DNA of 63,681 nt, filler included. It is 4 parts of 4 records of this genome, joined end to end, with 100 filler letters (N's around TTAATTAATTAA, not from the genome) between each part and the next. Parts side by side here need not be neighbours in the genome. Positions count along the whole stretch, not along the records: positions 36,697 to 63,681 come from SRR20825010_962; 3 more parts are not named here. One strand, written 5' to 3'. Position 1 is the first letter of the stretch, and the number at the start of each line of letters is the position of its first letter. The notes beneath the pieces are model-generated. The model was given only the letters and a program-made list of their open reading frames with translations, was not told the DNA's origin and made no database searches. Position numbers and translations under genes: made by a program. Positions 49,380 through 60,572 of this stretch are shown here, in pieces.

Positions 49380-51935
49380 TCAGCGGTCACGCATGAGGTC
49401 GCTCAGCAGGAGGTGACGCAGCAATGATTGGAATCGATAGTCATCCCTCTTCGATTTCGCTGCGAGCTGATCCACAAGATCGAGATCGCGCCGGTTCAGC
49501 CGTCGCCCTTTGGCGTATTCAGCCAGCTTGATCATCAGGCTCTTTGCGAACTGATCTTCTTGGGACCGGAGGATTTGACGTAGCTCTGTCACGTCCTTGA
49601 ACCTAGTACCAAACATCTCGCCGGATGGATCGATCTTGGGACCGGTCTCGTAAGTCGTTCGGTATCTGCCGATGACATCGAAGCTTTCCAGAGCAAGGCC
49701 GAGCGGGTCCATCTGTTTGTGGCATTCGAAGCAGGCTGGGTCTTTCCGGTGACGAACGAGTTGGTCGCGTGGTGTGTCCACTCCGTTCAGATCGGGAACC
49801 AGAGCCGGAACCTCTTCCGGTGGAGGAGGCGGTGGCGTCCCCAGAAGCTCGTCGAGGATCCAGTGACCACGGGTGACGGGCAAAGTTTCGACACCGTTGG
49901 ACGTCAGAGCGAGGATGCTGCCCTGTCCCAGCAAACCGCCGCGCATCGATCCCTTGGGGAGTGAGACTCGCCGGAATCCAGTGGATGTCAGAAGTTGTTC
50001 GTACGATGGCCTTCCAAGGCCGTCGGGGCTTGGTTTGAAGTCTCTGTTTCGACGGCCTTGGAAGGCCATCTTACGGGGGAACGGTAGGTTGTAGACGTTT
50101 GCTAGAGTTTCATTGATGATCGCATAGTCGGAATCGAGGAAGTCGCCGACAGGCTGGTTTTCATACAGGACATGCCGGAAGAAGTGCAGCGTCTCGTTGC
50201 GAAAGGCAGCTTCGTATTTGCCTCGGTGGTAAGCCGAGTAGCGTCGGTCTTTGATGTCCGGCGGCATGGTTCCAAGCGAATCAAGCGAGAGCCATTGGGT
50301 GGCGAATCCGCGGACGAATTCATCCGTTCTCGGATCGCGGAGCATTCGTTCGACCTGCCCCGCGTAGACGTCCGCGTCGAGAATCGTGCCCGACCTCGCG
50401 AGCTGGAACAATTCCTCGTCGGGCATGGTGCTCCAAAGGAAATAAGACAGACGGCTGGCCAGCTCGTACGGCGGAAGCGGGCCGATCTCTTCTTTGATGT
50501 AGAGGAAATCGTGCGAGGCCATGATCGCGGCAAATGTCTTGATGAATGCCTCCTGCCAACGTGAACGCTGGCCTTCCAAGGCCGAAGAGTTCCTGCGGCT
50601 TGTTCGCGATGGCCTCGGAAGGTCATCATACTTTTCGTTGAGAAACTTGACGTAGTCCCGCACATCCTGTTCGTTCGAAGGACGACGGAACGCACGCGTC
50701 AAGAATCTTTCGATCAGCGACACGCGGACTTTGGCGTTTTCGAAGTCGGGCATCTCGTCTGCTTGGAAGACGGTCCGGTAAGTTGCAGGCGGCCACTCCG
50801 GATCCAACGGACCTTCGACCGTGAGCCGACTCACTTCCACGCCCGGGCCTTGGTAGTTCTGTGGGCTCACCTCTTTCGGATCGACTTTCCGTTGCCGGAT
50901 TGCCTGGCGGACGCTGGACGCGGGCTTGCCGGCACCATTCAAAAACCCAACCCACGGGTAGGCTCCTTTCTCGAGCCACATGACAACGCTGTATTCCTGG
51001 AACTCGTCATCTTGCAGATCAAAAGACTTCACCAGCTTGGAAGCGGACGTTTGGCCCTCGCTGTCCAACCGTGTGCCGATTCCCATTCGGATTGGACCGC
51101 TTGCAGGCGGGAATTTCATCCTGCCATAGTTGTTGCGATCCACTCCAGCGGCCGTGACCGTGACCCGGTAGTTGCCCGCAATCGCGACCTCGCGTGGACC
51201 TTTGCTTGTGGAGTACTGCCCGGAGCCTCGCAGGACAGTCGCGTTCTTTTTGTTCGTGGTAAAACGTCGATCGCCGCTCTGCAGACTCCCAGCGTTGTAC
51301 TCGACGACCGTGGTCGCGGGAGGCGAGAGGTCCTCCAGGTAAAGAGCCATGCGCAGACTGTGTTCGGCTGATTCGAGGTACTCCAAAAGCAGTTCGTTGG
51401 AGATGACCAGTTCGTCCGCGTTGGTGTCAAAGCCACCCTCGATCTCGTCTTTGAAGACTCGGGCTGCCGGATCATAGATGCCGGGTTTCAGGCCAAGCAG
51501 GTCACGGACGGTGTTGCGAAATTCGCGGCGGTTCAGACGCCGAAACCCTGTCGAGATGGAAAAGGATTCGTCGCGTGAGATCTGCAGAACAAGTTTCGCG
51601 ATGTCGCTGCGTTCCTTCGCCGTCGGTTGACGTGCGTCCTCTGGCGGCATACTGGCGTCATGGATTTGGTCGTGGACATCGTTCCAAAGAGCGCCATCGA
51701 TTTGGGCAAAGTCATCCAGACGCACTTCGCCCTTCTGCTTGGTCTCGCCGTGACAACCAACGCAGTAGCGATTGAGGAACGGTTGGATGGGTGCGTACTG
51801 GTCGTTGGCGTGGATTGGTGCCGAGGACACCAAGATGACCAACAGTACGATCGCCTTCCAAGACCGTCGAATCCGGGACCACAAGCAAAACTCCGACGGC
51901 GTTGGAAGGCCATCGTACGAATCGGATTTACTCAT
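49380..51935 (-). CDS. DUF1592/1588-family cytochrome c-like protein carrying three in-frame REP pairs
   Basis: [56 protein letters not shown]. Confidence 0.88.
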   Translation of the reverse strand: MSKSDSYDGLPTPSEFCLWSRIRRSWKAIVLLVILVSSAPIHANDQYAPIQPFLNRYCVGCHGETKQKGEVRLDDFAQIDGALWNDVHDQIHDASMPPEDARQPTAKERSDIAKLVLQISRDESFSISTGFRRLNRREFRNTVRDLLGLKPGIYDPAARVFKDEIEGGFDTNADELVISNELLLEYLESAEHSLRMALYLEDLSPPATTVVEYNAGSLQSGDRRFTTNKKNATVLRGSGQYSTSKGPREVAIAGNYRVTVTAAGVDRNNYGRMKFPPASGPIRMGIGTRLDSEGQTSASKLVKSFDLQDDEFQEYSVVMWLEKGAYPWVGFLNGAGKPASSVRQAIRQRKVDPKEVSPQNYQGPGVEVSRLTVEGPLDPEWPPATYRTVFQADEMPDFENAKVRVSLIERFLTRAFRRPSNEQDVRDYVKFLNEKYDDLPRPSRTSRRNSSALEGQRSRWQEAFIKTFAAIMASHDFLYIKEEIGPLPPYELASRLSYFLWSTMPDEELFQLARSGTILDADVYAGQVERMLRDPRTDEFVRGFATQWLSLDSLGTMPPDIKDRRYSAYHRGKYEAAFRNETLHFFRHVLYENQPVGDFLDSDYAIINETLANVYNLPFPRKMAFQGRRNRDFKPSPDGLGRPSYEQLLTSTGFRRVSLPKGSMRGGLLGQGSILALTSNGVETLPVTRGHWILDELLGTPPPPPPEEVPALVPDLNGVDTPRDQLVRHRKDPACFECHKQMDPLGLALESFDVIGRYRTTYETGPKIDPSGEMFGTRFKDVTELRQILRSQEDQFAKSLMIKLAEYAKGRRLNRRDLDLVDQLAAKSKRDDYRFQSLLRHLLLSDLMRDR
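50001..50074. repeat. REP inverted pair 1 (intragenic)
   Basis: GTACGATGGCCTTCCAAGGCCGTCG 50001-50025; inverse copy 50050-50074. Confidence 0.92.
50563..50631. repeat. REP inverted pair 2 (intragenic, degenerate)
   Basis: GAACGCTGGCCTTCCAAGGCCGAAG ... CGATGGCCTCGGAAGGTCATCATAC. Confidence 0.85.
51845..51918. repeat. REP inverted pair 3 (in the signal-peptide region)
   Basis: GTACGATCGCCTTCCAAGACCGTCG ... CGACGGCGTTGGAAGGCCATCGTAC. Confidence 0.9.
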
Positions 51936-52242
51936 CTTTGAATCCCCATCCCATTTCGTCCCATTCCGAGTGAATCCAGCGAACCCATTGTTCGCGAGGG
52001 TGCCCTTCATCCAACCAGGCCTCCGAGCGCGGTTGCGGATGAGAACGTTCCCAGATTTCGCGCCAGCGTTTCAGGTCTCTCACATGTTCCTGTGGAATCG
52101 AATCGGCAAGCCGGAAAGTAACTGCGTAAGTTGCACCGTCTTGCCGCCAATGCGGCAAATGGCGGTGGTACATACGGACAGACAGATCCGGATGAAGACG
52201 GCGGAATCCAGGAGACGCTGGCAGTTTGAAGTGGTCCGTCAT
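51928..52242 (-). mobile_element. Internally deleted RAYT-like (REP-associated Y1 tyrosine transposase) remnant, 104 aa
   Basis: YHRHLPHWRQDGATYAVTFRLADSIP N-terminal motif; flanked on both sides by REP pairs; no HUH or catalytic Tyr region left. Confidence 0.75.
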
Positions 52243-52255
52243 CGATGTGTCACAT

Positions 52256-52318
52256 GTACGATGGCCTACCAAGGCCGTCGAGGGAAAGTGGGACGACGGC
52301 CTCGGAAGGCCATCGTAC
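52256..52318. repeat. REP inverted pair 4 (intergenic)
   Basis: GTACGATGGCCTACCAAGGCCGTCG ... CGACGGCCTCGGAAGGCCATCGTAC. Confidence 0.92.
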
Positions 52319-52319
52319 G

Positions 52320-53708
52320 TTAGGCGAGAACGTGGTTTAGGTTTCCGGTTGCACCATTGAAAGATTCGATCTCGATGCCGAAGTGCTGAAGCATGGTAGT
52401 AAAAAGATTGTTCAGTGGAGTTTGTTTGCCGTTGTGCCGCTGCTCGGCGTCGAAGTGGCCCTGATGCTTCAGCCCACCGCCAGCCAGGATGATTGGGAGA
52501 TTGCGGTTGGAGTGTCGGGATGCGTCGCTGATACCGCTGCCGAAGAACACCATCGTGTCATCCAGGAGAGATCCGCCGTTCGTGTTGATTCCCTTCAGTC
52601 TTCCGATGAACCTTGATAGCTGCTCCATGTAAAACGTTTCGATGATCTGAAGCTCGCGGAGATGACTCTCTCGGTTTCCATGGTGTGAAAGCGTGTGATA
52701 GCCCTTCGTCACGCCATCGATTTCGATCATACGGTTGTGCATCGAGAAGTTCGCGGTGATGACGCGACTGGAATCAGACTGCAGGGCGAGCGCCAACAAA
52801 TCGAACATGACCGGACTGAGGAATCCGTAGTCCAAGTCGCCGTGTCCTCGGGCCGCGGGATCGTATTCCTTCTTCGAGACTTCCGGCTTTTGGATGTTCT
52901 GCCAACGACGCTTTCCCTGAAGGCGTTCTTCTGCTTCCCGGATCGCGGTCAGGTACTCGTCCAACTTCGCCCGGTCGGTTCGACTGACGCTGCGTTCCAA
53001 TCGGCGGGCCCGGGTGCGGACGAGATCAAGGACGCTGCCTTGTTCTTCCAGTTCCAATGCGCGAGCCTTCCGGGCGGCCGCTGAATCAGCCACGAAAAGT
53101 TTCTTGAACAGAGCCTCCGGCGATGTTTCCTGGCGCAGCAGGATTCCGGACGAACTATACGAAGCACTCTCGGCACCACCGAGCGAAATGTGCAGCGAAG
53201 GAAACCGCGTGGTGTAGCCAACGTGACCCGCAGCCACCTGGTCGATCGAAATGTTTTGGCCAGGACGGGCGTTCTTATTCAGCACGCCATTCAGCAGAGA
53301 TCTGATGCCCGCGTGTTTGGTGAAGACATTCGGGTGATCCATGTGCGAGAACAACGTGAACTCATCCCGGTGCTTCATCATGGTTGGCAAAACCGGGGAC
53401 GGAGCGAAATCAGCACCGAACTCGTCAGGAAAGAACGTGCGAGGATTCATCCCCAGTCCCGTGCTGACAAAGACCATCCTCTTTGCTGGTTCGTCCCGTT
53501 GCGGTGCGGCAACCGCATTGGTCGCATTGAGAGACTCAAGCAATGGCAGGGCGATCGAGACGCCGGCCGCCTTCAGGATGCGGCGGCGGGAGGGAGTGCG
53601 ATGGCCTTCCAAGGCCGTCGCCTCATTTCGAAGATGTTTTCTCGACGGCCTTGGAAGGCCATCGTACGATCCGGCCAATCGGTGACTCATTGATTTTGAT
53701 TGCTTCAT
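52320..53708 (-). CDS. DUF1552 protein with an N-terminal in-frame REP pair
   Basis: SRRRILKAAGVSIALPLLES, ISIDQVAA..VG..TRFPSL, LDEYLTAIRE, HSNRNLPIILAGG. Confidence 0.9.
   Translation of the reverse strand: MKQSKSMSHRLAGSYDGLPRPSRKHLRNEATALEGHRTPSRRRILKAAGVSIALPLLESLNATNAVAAPQRDEPAKRMVFVSTGLGMNPRTFFPDEFGADFAPSPVLPTMMKHRDEFTLFSHMDHPNVFTKHAGIRSLLNGVLNKNARPGQNISIDQVAAGHVGYTTRFPSLHISLGGAESASYSSSGILLRQETSPEALFKKLFVADSAAARKARALELEEQGSVLDLVRTRARRLERSVSRTDRAKLDEYLTAIREAEERLQGKRRWQNIQKPEVSKKEYDPAARGHGDLDYGFLSPVMFDLLALALQSDSSRVITANFSMHNRMIEIDGVTKGYHTLSHHGNRESHLRELQIIETFYMEQLSRFIGRLKGINTNGGSLLDDTMVFFGSGISDASRHSNRNLPIILAGGGLKHQGHFDAEQRHNGKQTPLNNLFTTMLQHFGIEIESFNGATGNLNHVLA
53596..53667. repeat. REP inverted pair 5 (intragenic)
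   Basis: GTGCGATGGCCTTCCAAGGCCGTCG ... CGACGGCCTTGGAAGGCCATCGTAC. Confidence 0.92.
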
Positions 53709-53760
53709 GTCGGCTCAAGAGCGTGAAGTGTGATTCAGATTCGTGATCGCGTCTCATTGA

Positions 53761-53824
53761 GCACGAGGGCCTACAAGGCTTTTCGATCAATCCGCGAAAG
53801 GATTTGGCTGGAAGGCCATTGTAC
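53761..53824. repeat. REP inverted pair 6 (intergenic, strongly decayed)
   Basis: GCACGAGGGCCTACAAGGCTTTTCG ... TGGAAGGCCATTGTAC. Confidence 0.6.
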
Positions 53825-54061
53825 CGCCTGCGACTTCGTCCATCACTTTTAAAACGGTTTGTCAAAAGAAACGCTATCTGCGGAAGTCAGAACTCTGTCG
53901 GTATTGGACGAGGCTATCCTTGCCCCAATGTTGGGCATCACGCCCGGCTCGGAGCAGGAGCCGTATGAGGGAAAACTTCACGTACAAATCTGTGCAGAGG
54001 CTTCCGGCGACGGCAGTCCCTAACGCGATTCCGATACGGAATTTGATTGATTGAACGCATC

Positions 54062-55609
54062 CTATCTCTCGTCCTCGGCCAGTTGACGGCTGCCGGCGAA
54101 TGGTCCCCATTGGATACGTTTTTCGTGCTCCTTTGACTTGCCGTAGGCAGCGGCGTCGTAGTTCGGATTTGGCTTTGGGAGACGGGCGCCGACTTGGTCG
54201 AAGTAGTTCATCATGTCGTCGTAGAGCCGCCGGTGTTCTTTCGGGTGAGTGGATGCGATGTTGTGAACTTCGCCTAGGTCGGACGTCAGGTCAAAAAGCA
54301 TGGGAAGGTCGGGTCGCTCGTAGAAATGCAGTAGCTTATGCGTGCCGGAGACGACGGCGGAATGCGGCATGCTCGAACGATAGTGCGGGTAGTGGAAATA
54401 GAGATTCCGGTTGAGGAACGCGTCGGTTGGCTGCTCGCCGGCCATGTAGGCAGCGAGACTGACCCCGTCAATGTTGTTCAGTGTGTTCGGATCGCCGCCA
54501 GCCCAGTCAAGAAATGTTGGCAGGAAGTCGTAGTTGACGACGTTGCCATTGAAGACAGAACCTGGCTTGATGCCGGGACCTCGAACGATCATTGGAACGC
54601 GAATACCACCCTGCCAGACCCACCACTTGGCTGCATGGTGTGGCTGCGTGAGACCCTCGGTCAGCTGAAGCTCTTTGTGCCGGTACCCGTTGTCCGACAC
54701 CAGCACAACATACGTGTTGTCTTCGATTCCCAGCTCGCTGATTCGGTCGAGCACGGCTCCGATGCGTCCGTCGAGATCGTCGCCCATCCCAAGCCAGATC
54801 GCCGGATCTTCCTTGCGTTTGACAGTCTCGGCCGTCTTCCCGATTTTCCGGTAGTACGCCTGGACGAGTGGATGTCGGACGTACTTCTCACGCGTCGCCG
54901 GCAGGCACTCGCGGCCTTCGTGCATCGCGTAGTGTGAGATCTGCAAATAGAAAGGCTGGTCGGCCGTGGCCTGCTCGGTCATGAAGTCGATCGCCTTTTG
55001 GGTGACGCTGAACATCAGCTTGGGATCGGTCAGGTCGTCGGGCAGTCGCTGGTTTGCGCCAGCCGGCAACGTGTTTCCAGGTTTGTTGCTGGTGTCGCCG
55101 TCATGCACCACATATCCTTCATCCCCGGGATCGCCTCGCATGTGCCATTTGCCGATGTGAGCGCTGACATAGCCGAGCGGCTCTAAAGCTTCAGGGATCG
55201 TCACCGCGTCCGCGTCGATCGTCATGTCCGACACGCAGGGAATCACCGGAAAGTCGGGATAGCCCTTTTCGTCGAAGTAGTCCTGTCCGCGATCGTTCAT
55301 GAACACAGTGAAGCCATTGCGTGGCGAGGACTGGCCGGTCTGAACACAAACTCGCGACGGGGAACACTGCGGCGAAGCATACGCGCTGGTGAACTTCATT
55401 CCCTCGCGAGCCAGTCGTTCGATATTCGGCATCTGCAGGATCGGCATGTGCGAATTCGGCATCGAGTCATCCATCGCAACCGGCGACCCGTTCCACGCCC
55501 AGTCATCGATGAACAACAGCACAACGTTGGGCTTCGTAACGTCGTTCGCTATCGCAACGCCGCCAGACAGCATTGATGCCAGCAATAGTAAGACGATCCC
55601 GTTCCTCAT
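54062..55609 (-). CDS. S1 sulfatase
   Basis: [27 protein letters not shown] overlap with the upstream gene. Confidence 0.92.
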   Translation of the reverse strand: MRNGIVLLLLASMLSGGVAIANDVTKPNVVLLFIDDWAWNGSPVAMDDSMPNSHMPILQMPNIERLAREGMKFTSAYASPQCSPSRVCVQTGQSSPRNGFTVFMNDRGQDYFDEKGYPDFPVIPCVSDMTIDADAVTIPEALEPLGYVSAHIGKWHMRGDPGDEGYVVHDGDTSNKPGNTLPAGANQRLPDDLTDPKLMFSVTQKAIDFMTEQATADQPFYLQISHYAMHEGRECLPATREKYVRHPLVQAYYRKIGKTAETVKRKEDPAIWLGMGDDLDGRIGAVLDRISELGIEDNTYVVLVSDNGYRHKELQLTEGLTQPHHAAKWWVWQGGIRVPMIVRGPGIKPGSVFNGNVVNYDFLPTFLDWAGGDPNTLNNIDGVSLAAYMAGEQPTDAFLNRNLYFHYPHYRSSMPHSAVVSGTHKLLHFYERPDLPMLFDLTSDLGEVHNIASTHPKEHRRLYDDMMNYFDQVGARLPKPNPNYDAAAYGKSKEHEKRIQWGPFAGSRQLAEDER

Positions 55610-56979
55610 CTGTTGGGTCTCCTCGTGGTTTCTGGTTTGATTTCCCGCGTGGCAAGGCTGCTGATCCAACCGTCGATCTCCTTCTTCAAGCGAGCAACTC
55701 TTTCCGGATGGTTTGCGGCGACGTCGTTCTTCTCGTGGGGATCCGATTCGATGTGATAGAGCCTCGCGGGAGCCTGATCCCAGACGTGAAGAGCTTTGTA
55801 CTTGGTCGTGTCTTTGCCTTGCTGACGGACGATCAGTTTCCATTCGTCTTCCACGCACCAGAGATACTGCAATGTGCCGTCGGGATTCCCAGGCGTCATA
55901 TTGTGGGTTGCGTGCGTGACGCCGAAGACTCGATCACGCTGCCCTCGAGCCTCTGCGTCGAGAAGATCAAGGCCCGGAAGGTTGGCCGGAGCATTGATAC
56001 CAGTGGCGGCGGCGATTGTCGGAAAAAAGTCGATTGAGTGAGCGAAGTCCTCGGCCCGGCCCGGCTTCACGTGTCCCGGCCATGAGACCATGATTGGTGT
56101 GCGGATACCATTTTCATACGGGGAACTCTTCGACCGCTGGGCGTAGGCTTTCCACAGTTTCTGATGGGGATCGTCCGTGTTGGTACTCGGCGCGGCCCAG
56201 CCATTGTCGCAAACGTAGAACACCAGCGTGTTCTCGGTGACGCCTTTCCGGTCAAGGTAGTTCAACAACTCTCCACTGGTTTCGTCGAACCATTCGCACA
56301 TTGCGTAGTAGCGGGCGACGTCTTTGGCCCGCCCTTCAACGGCGTACTTTTCAAGCAGTCGCTTCGGTGGGTTGTGGGGAGTGTGTGGCAGAAATGGTGC
56401 GTACCAAACAAAGAACGGCTTGTCTTCCTCAACGGCAAGATCGATGAAGTCCGTCACGGGCTGCATGCCTTCGCGTCCAATGGTCAGGCCGACATCGCCG
56501 TGTCGACCGCCTCGCTTCGGGTCGCCATGAGTCATCCCGTGAGTGAATCCTCCGTCCTGCGCCGAGCCTTCCCACCACTTGCCGGACTGATGAGTCAGAT
56601 AGCCATTGGCGGTAAGCATTCGGATCACGCTGGCATGCTTGTGAAACGCCTCACGCAGCGGAACGTCCAGAGCCGCGCGATTGTTGTAACCATCGACATC
56701 ATTCCCGGTGATTCCGTGCTGCGAGGGAAAAAGTCCCGTGACCAGCGTCGCCAGGGACGGCCGACACAGGGGAGCCGCCACATACCCGCGTTCAAAGACA
56801 ATGCTCCGGCGAGCCAGTTGATCTAGGTGTGGCGTCTGTATGTGTGGATGCCCCATGAAGCCGTAGTCGGTCCATGCCTGATCATCGCTGAGGATCAGCA
56901 CGACGTTCGGGCGCGAGTCATTTGCGCAGAGACTACCTGCAGTCGCGGCGAGTATCAGGAGCGTTAGAAGATGTTTCAT
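55606..56979 (-). CDS. S1 sulfatase-like protein (CRPSL variant)
   Basis: [36 protein letters not shown]. Confidence 0.88.
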   Translation of the reverse strand: MKHLLTLLILAATAGSLCANDSRPNVVLILSDDQAWTDYGFMGHPHIQTPHLDQLARRSIVFERGYVAAPLCRPSLATLVTGLFPSQHGITGNDVDGYNNRAALDVPLREAFHKHASVIRMLTANGYLTHQSGKWWEGSAQDGGFTHGMTHGDPKRGGRHGDVGLTIGREGMQPVTDFIDLAVEEDKPFFVWYAPFLPHTPHNPPKRLLEKYAVEGRAKDVARYYAMCEWFDETSGELLNYLDRKGVTENTLVFYVCDNGWAAPSTNTDDPHQKLWKAYAQRSKSSPYENGIRTPIMVSWPGHVKPGRAEDFAHSIDFFPTIAAATGINAPANLPGLDLLDAEARGQRDRVFGVTHATHNMTPGNPDGTLQYLWCVEDEWKLIVRQQGKDTTKYKALHVWDQAPARLYHIESDPHEKNDVAANHPERVARLKKEIDGWISSLATREIKPETTRRPNR

Positions 56980-57033
56980 ATTTATGATGCTCACGTATTG
57001 TCGTTGCTGTAGGTTGACATGAGAGTGCAGTTG

Positions 57034-57744
57034 TTACTTGACAGATTCGAATTTGCGAATGCGAATGGATCGAAAGGAAACGTGGCGTGGTTTCTCGGGT
57101 GAATTTTTGACACCGTGTACCTGCAAGGCGATCACGCCGGAGGGATACTTTGTGTAGGCTTCGTTATCAGTGACATCCGCGACTTGCTTGCCATTGATCC
57201 AAGTTTGAATTCGTGGCCCAACGGCCAACACACGCAGCTTGTTCCATTTGTCATTGACCATCAGCTCGTTGCGGACCAGGTCTTCTTTGGGTGTGATCCA
57301 GGCACCATTGCCCTGGTTAAAGATGTGCCCGCTGCGGCCGGGAGATTTTCCAATATCGACCTGAGGTCCATGAATCGATTCTCTCGATTGACCTTTCGCG
57401 TTATTGCGAGTCAACGCAGTTCGAATTTGGACGCCTGAATTCAGATCGGTGTCGTGAAGTTTGACTTCCATCTCGAGTTCAAAATCACCATAAGTTTCGA
57501 CCGTGTGCAGGAAATGAGTCTGGCCGGAACTCGTGCCAGTAATGACACCATCGGTGAGCGCGAACTGCGTGTTGTCGCGTGACGGTTTCCAGCCGCCGAG
57601 GCTTCTGCCATCGAACAGGGGAACCCAATCATCGGCTAAGGCGGTGCCACAGCACATCAAGACCGCGATCGCAGCGAGAGCGATCGTTGACCGAAACCGT
57701 CGCGTTTTCGCACGATTCAAACGACGAAAGAAGTGAGAAAGCAT
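57034..57744 (-). CDS. DUF1080 / 3-keto-disaccharide hydrolase family
   Basis: [41 protein letters not shown]. Confidence 0.88.
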   Translation of the reverse strand: MLSHFFRRLNRAKTRRFRSTIALAAIAVLMCCGTALADDWVPLFDGRSLGGWKPSRDNTQFALTDGVITGTSSGQTHFLHTVETYGDFELEMEVKLHDTDLNSGVQIRTALTRNNAKGQSRESIHGPQVDIGKSPGRSGHIFNQGNGAWITPKEDLVRNELMVNDKWNKLRVLAVGPRIQTWINGKQVADVTDNEAYTKYPSGVIALQVHGVKNSPEKPRHVSFRSIRIRKFESVK

Positions 57745-57758
57745 TTGCGTTCCTGTGG

Positions 57759-59033
57759 CTAAACAGCGGGAAGTGGAAACTCGGGACGTCGCGGTTTCGT
57801 CAACAATGCGTTGGCAGCGTCATCGCCGATGATTTGTTCTTTGGTCGCGTCCCAGTTGATCGTGCGGCCTGTGGTGCGACAGATGTTGATTAAGTGCGCG
57901 ACACTGGTAATCAGGTGGCCGACTTCCACCGGCGCATTGGGCTGTTCGCGGGTTTCAATGCAATCCAGCCAGTTGCCAACATGCGATTCCGTTTGAGAGC
58001 CGGTAAAAGGCTGAAGCAAGTCCTTCGGGTTGCAGGCGAAGCGTCCTCGATTGATTTCGATTTTGCCTTGCTCGCCAATAAAGATGCCGCCAAAGGCCGG
58101 TCCGTCGGTGCTTTCCAGTCGAATGACGGTGCCGTCCGGGTAATACAACCTCACACCACGGTCCCTGGCATTCTCCGCTTCTGTGGTGGGTTCAATCCGA
58201 GTGGGGGCGACGTTCTCCCAACCCATCGCAAGGTGAACCATGTCCAGCGCGTGTGACCCTCGATCGCAAATGGGTCCGCCCGTGAAGGTGTCGAAATTTC
58301 GCCACCGACGATGAAGCTGTTCGTGATAGTCAACAAGCGGTGCCTGGTCACAAAATCGATTCCAGTCCATGCCGTCGGGAACGGGTTGGCTGTCGAGGCC
58401 GGTTGCAGGCCGAGAGCCTGAGTACTTTTTCACGAGGATCGTGGCGACTTTCCCAAGTCCACCGTCACGAATGAACTCGCACGCGTACTGATTGATCGGA
58501 GTGCTGCGTTGTTGCGTGCCGACCTGCAAAATGCGTTTGTGCTTTCGCACCGCTTTGACCAGTGCCCGACCTTCCGGGATGCTAAAGCTAAGCGGCTTTT
58601 CCGCGTAGACATCCAGGCCTTTGGTGCAAGCGAGCATTGCCGCTCGCACGCGCACATGATCCGGCGTCGCGATCATGACCGCATCGAGATCCTCCTGCTC
58701 AAACATCTGCTCATAGCTCTGATAGCGTTTCCAGGAGTCACCGGCTCTTGGATCTTTCTTGTTGTCTGCCGCGAGAACATCGATCTGCGGCAGATAACAA
58801 TCGCAGACCGCGACCAGTTCGGCTCGATGGGATTCGCGACCCAATGCACGCGTCAGCCATTTGGCTCGCCCGCCCGCACCGATTAAGCCAACTCGCAACT
58901 TGCCGTTTGCGGAGGTCGACGGTGTGGCGTACATCGATGACGGCAACAGGCCGGACGCGGCAAGCGCGGTGGTCGCGCCGATGGATTTCAAAGCCGTGCG
59001 ACGTGAAGGCTTGTTTTGAGGCAAGGTGTTCAT
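57759..59033 (-). CDS. Tat-exported Gfo/Idh/MocA oxidoreductase
   Basis: [32 protein letters not shown]. Confidence 0.92.
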   Translation of the reverse strand: MNTLPQNKPSRRTALKSIGATTALAASGLLPSSMYATPSTSANGKLRVGLIGAGGRAKWLTRALGRESHRAELVAVCDCYLPQIDVLAADNKKDPRAGDSWKRYQSYEQMFEQEDLDAVMIATPDHVRVRAAMLACTKGLDVYAEKPLSFSIPEGRALVKAVRKHKRILQVGTQQRSTPINQYACEFIRDGGLGKVATILVKKYSGSRPATGLDSQPVPDGMDWNRFCDQAPLVDYHEQLHRRWRNFDTFTGGPICDRGSHALDMVHLAMGWENVAPTRIEPTTEAENARDRGVRLYYPDGTVIRLESTDGPAFGGIFIGEQGKIEINRGRFACNPKDLLQPFTGSQTESHVGNWLDCIETREQPNAPVEVGHLITSVAHLINICRTTGRTINWDATKEQIIGDDAANALLTKPRRPEFPLPAV

Positions 59034-59081
59034 GGTTCGTCCTGTTTGATCAACTTGTCTTTGTGATGCTAAGGGATTGGA

Positions 59082-60548
59082 TTAGTTCTTCTTTTTCTCT
59101 TTTCGGGTTCCCCTGCGTTTCGTAGTCAACGCTGAGGGAAGCGGTTGAGCGGCATCCTCGAAACTGGGGACCAGGGCGCGGAGTCTGTCGACGGTGGTGG
59201 CATATTTTGAGTTGTCGATCTGGTTGGTCCACTCATGAGGATCCTTGGTGGCGTCGTAGAATTCTTCTTCGTTCGCCCCGTAGCGGGTGTAGCGTCCGAG
59301 TTCATTGCGGATGCTGATATAGGCCAGATCCGTTTTGCTCTTATCGCACAATCCGGTGATGGCGGTGCTTTCCCACGGAGCCGTTGGGTCCTTGAGCAGC
59401 GGAACTAACGAGCGTCCATCGATGTAGGCTGGAGGCGTGAGGCCGCAGAGCTCCGCAAGAGTCGGATAGATGTCCATCAGGGAAACGAACCGTTCAGACA
59501 CGCCGCCGGTTTGGCTGACTCCAGGGGCACGAAACATCAATAACGTGTGCGTGCCCTCTTCCCAGAGAGTCGTCTTTTGCCAGTGATGTTTTTCTCCAAG
59601 GTGAAATCCGTGATCAGTGAGGAAAACGACAATCGTGTTGTCCTTGTACGGACTGTTTTCTAGGGCGTCGAGGACACGCCCGAACTGAGTGTCGACGTAG
59701 GTCGTTGTGGCCAGGTAGGCCTGCACCGCCTCTTTATGCTGGCCAGACTCGATGACCTTGTCAGCGAAACTTCCGATCCCGTCACTCACCGCTTTGGCCA
59801 AGGGAGGAAGGTCGTCCAGGTCGTCGGCCTTCAGTTCGGGCAGGACGATCTGGTCCAGAGGGTACATGTCAAAATACTTCTTCGGCACATACCAGGGCAT
59901 GTGCGGATTGAACGTGCCGTATGCCAGGAAGAATGGCTTGTCGTGTTGTTTCTCCAGCACTGCGATCGCTTTGTTGGCTCCTCCGGTGTCATTCATTTGT
60001 TCTTCGGCGAGATGGATGATTCCCCAATCCTGTTCTCCGCCGCTGAGTCCTGCCAAAGACGCACCGGGAGGAGCCGGATCGCGTTTGTGGCCAATTTTGT
60101 CATCCCAGTATTTTTTCTGGTCCCAGCCGTGAGTGATTTTGCCGTACCCAAAAGTGCCGTAGCCGTTCTTCTTGAACAGTCCTGCCAGTGATAACACTTC
60201 GTCCCGGTTCACTACCTCACTCTTGTTGATGGTCTGCGCGTTGTTGTAGATACCCGATTTCCAAGGAGCTACGCCGGAAAAGAATGCGGTGCGAGACGGC
60301 GAACAAACCGGCGCTGCGGTATACGCTCGCGTGAAGTTGACTCCACTGGCAGCCAACTTTCGAAGATTGGGGGCAACGACTCGGCCCGCGTACCGATCGG
60401 CATCCTCGAGCAGCCAACTATTCAAATCATCCGCAACCAGAAACAGCACGTTCATTGGCTTGTCCGGCGACGCGCCGGCGCAGGCTGAACATGCGGAAAG
60501 AGATAGGATCGCGCCGATGAAGATCGATAATGCAAGTCTGAAACGCAT
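59082..60548 (-). CDS. S1 sulfatase (iduronate/choline-sulfatase-like)
   Basis: [34 protein letters not shown]. Confidence 0.9.
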   Translation of the reverse strand: MRFRLALSIFIGAILSLSACSACAGASPDKPMNVLFLVADDLNSWLLEDADRYAGRVVAPNLRKLAASGVNFTRAYTAAPVCSPSRTAFFSGVAPWKSGIYNNAQTINKSEVVNRDEVLSLAGLFKKNGYGTFGYGKITHGWDQKKYWDDKIGHKRDPAPPGASLAGLSGGEQDWGIIHLAEEQMNDTGGANKAIAVLEKQHDKPFFLAYGTFNPHMPWYVPKKYFDMYPLDQIVLPELKADDLDDLPPLAKAVSDGIGSFADKVIESGQHKEAVQAYLATTTYVDTQFGRVLDALENSPYKDNTIVVFLTDHGFHLGEKHHWQKTTLWEEGTHTLLMFRAPGVSQTGGVSERFVSLMDIYPTLAELCGLTPPAYIDGRSLVPLLKDPTAPWESTAITGLCDKSKTDLAYISIRNELGRYTRYGANEEEFYDATKDPHEWTNQIDNSKYATTVDRLRALVPSFEDAAQPLPSALTTKRRGTRKEKKKN

Positions 60549-60572
60549 CGATTGTTTGCTCCTTTGGTTGAC

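Noticed and set aside
50001-53824. REP copies as a CRISPR array
   Set aside because: Copies are inverted pairs with irregular spacing up to >1 kb, several lie within ORFs, and there are no cas genes.
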